Assembly (NCBI GenBank): GCA_964187785.1
Contig: OZ076409.1
Span: 67,582,001 to 67,646,000 of the forward strand
Reading direction: 5' to 3'
Source: Amphiscolops sp. MND2022
Taxonomy: Eukaryota
DNA length: 64,000 nucleotides
The notes under the pieces were generated by a model. The model was not told the DNA's origin. It did no database searches and saw only the letters and a list, made by a program, of their open reading frames with translations. The position numbers were made by a program, and so were the translations under genes. This document shows positions 61,934-64,000 of the stretch, piece after piece (within the stretch, counting starts at the first letter, position 1; each line of letters starts with the position of its first letter).

Positions 61934-64000
61934 TTAATTCTTAGAAGATGTCTTTTTCAACTTGTGGACTGAATCAGGATCATCAGAATCACTGCTCTTA
62001 TCTTTCTTTGACCTTCTAGACGCTCTGCCCCAATCACTCTTTTTCGCAACAGCTCCATCTTCCTTCCTCACAACTTTTGCTGATGAAAGAGCAGTAGACG
62101 CACTTGCTTTTACAGACTTTGACGAAGCAATCTTTGACGATGCCTTCTTAGAACCGACAACAGAACTTGTAGCACTTCCGGCCTCAGTTGAACTTGAACA
62201 CTGGCTCTCGCGAGAACGCCGATTCGCCTTGTTGCATTCCACACAGAAAGTGTCGTACTCCCTCCGTCGTCCCAACAAATACTTATTATACAAGGACCCA
62301 TAATGCCCAACAAAAGACTCCATATCGCCAGAGCAAAAATCTTTCCACACATCAAAATCGGCAACTCTGAAGAAAATGCCTGACTCTGTAATAGCTTCCC
62401 GGACTGCAACAAGTAACGATGCTGAAAAGAACAATCGAGGATTGAAACTTGGACTGACGATGTGAGACTGCACCATCAATACACAATCCTGAACCATCGC
62501 CGGACTCAGCGCGCTACCACCCGAATCAATAGTAACCGCAGGAAGGCTACTCTTCGGCACTCCAACCACCAGACAACATATTTTAAACAGCCGAAATACA
62601 TGAGTCCGAGACTGGAAGGCAAAATCCCGCAACAGAAATTGGACCACGTCAGGAATCTCACTCGCAGCACACGTCGCATCCTCGTAATGCCTGCGTTTCT
62701 CTATCACATAACTTTTGAACTCAGCAGCAGCAGCATTCAAACCGTCCGAAGACATCACGCGGCAGGATCTGATCTGAATAAATCACAAGGAGAGCCAAAC
62801 AACTCAAAAATATGGTGATCGTCGCCTCCCAACATAATCTCCGGACAGAAAGCATAAAGTCCTCGCGAAACGCCAGAAGTCACAGCTGTACTAGTCAGAA
62901 TCAAAGACACAAGCCGATCGATACACTCACGGCATTTAACTCGGAATTCCCGCATCTCACTCGTCTTGACAGTAACCAATTCGCGACCAAAATCACTGTC
63001 CATCAAGAACTCCTCCATGGAAATCTCGTTGAAATAGGAAAGTTTTGAAACATCCATATAACTTTCCCTTTCATGGATACCAGGCAAATCAGACAGCTTA
63101 CGGGTTCGCATTAGCAGACAGTAGACGAAATTGCAGACCTCACCGAAACCATGAAACGCGTAATCTCTCCGGCATTGTCGCAATTTCTCAAAATTGAAGT
63201 AATCTAAACACAAGAACTATTGAAAAGAAGTGGAAACCTTGATCAAAATGACACAGCCAATAGAAACCAGATCTAACAGCACACCCACAATGACAAGAAA
63301 CATTAGTCAAAACACTAACACAATCAGAAACAGTCGAAAGCGAACAATTCTAACGAAAGACCACCGTACTTACAGGAGTCTAAGAGCAGTCGAAGGAAAC
63401 CGAAACGATAGATGATGAGACTATCGGAAATTAACTCGAAGTCTGTACCGCGCAACTAAAAAGGATAAATTATACCATAATTCCAAGATCATACATAGCA
63501 CAGGAAAGCACAGGAGAGTACAAAGGAACGACACAAGATTGAAATAAACTAATAATACGACAATACTAACCCTATCAGCAACACTTTTAAAATGAGGATG
63601 TCCTGTGTAGCGAATGTAAGGACGTATGGAAGGCCACAGTTCAATCAAATCGCCCAGGATCTCTCGAAGATTGCAGAATGCAACGGAACCTTCCCGTATA
63701 CACGCTCGAAGAAGAGGCTTGTCTTCTGTCCAATCCTCGTAGAGAGCCCCTCTCAATCGATGGATCACATACTCCAATACAGTCGTCCCCTCAATCATTC
63801 CAAAAATGCCCTGATGAGACTGACGGAAACACTGGAGTAACACCTCCTCATCAAACGACTGCCATGACAGAAACCGCCGATCATCCGTCCTGTTCGTGTC
63901 TAACACGCGAATGAGCGAAGGGCTAGCGCCGAGAACTGACACCGGTACTTGTTGTCCCTCCAGACAGTTCGCTACACGTGCCAACGGAAGCAACTCGGGT
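61934..64000 (-). CDS. Antisense spliced accessory gene of unknown function (5'-partial, one frameshift)
   Basis: Exons >64000-63571, 63455-63374 and 63203-61934; GT..AG introns with matching phases; a 5-nt duplication at 62766-62775 explains the frameshift. Confidence 0.72.

Larger units (their letters stand above)
53673..64000 (+). mobile_element. Ty3/Gypsy LTR retrotransposon (decayed; 3' end not in window)
   Basis: 5' LTR, PBS, gag with CCHC, then PR-RT-RH-IN domain order. Confidence 0.93.

Noticed and set aside
61934..63993. env gene of an errantivirus-like element
   Set aside because: It is antisense to gag-pol, and I see no furin site or C-terminal transmembrane anchor; the hydrophobic end of the 63421-63993 ORF falls in the predicted intron.

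Overview
AT-rich eukaryotic (probably invertebrate animal) genomic DNA. Most of the window is one intact, 23-exon ABCB1/P-glycoprotein-type full ABC transporter gene on the + strand (4777-42889). I spliced it by hand: all GT-AG junctions are phase-consistent, giving 3912 nt and 1303 aa. Its introns and flanks are packed with transposon material: a non-autonomous LTR element with two 1.65-kb LTRs and a GAGGG target-site duplication, two solo LTRs, a Tc1 relic, MITE/foldback and Helitron-like repeats, LINE 3' fragments, a perfect 30-bp minisatellite and loop-less palindromes. From 53673 to the window end is a decayed Ty3/Gypsy element. Its gag starts inside the LTR, it has a -1 frameshift site, and downstream of integrase it carries a spliced antisense gene of unknown function. 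The LTR families in the window share a terminal hairpin, a structured leader and an in-LTR gag start, and the one visible 3' LTR lacks a canonical polypurine tract. All calls come from manual reading; no searches were run.
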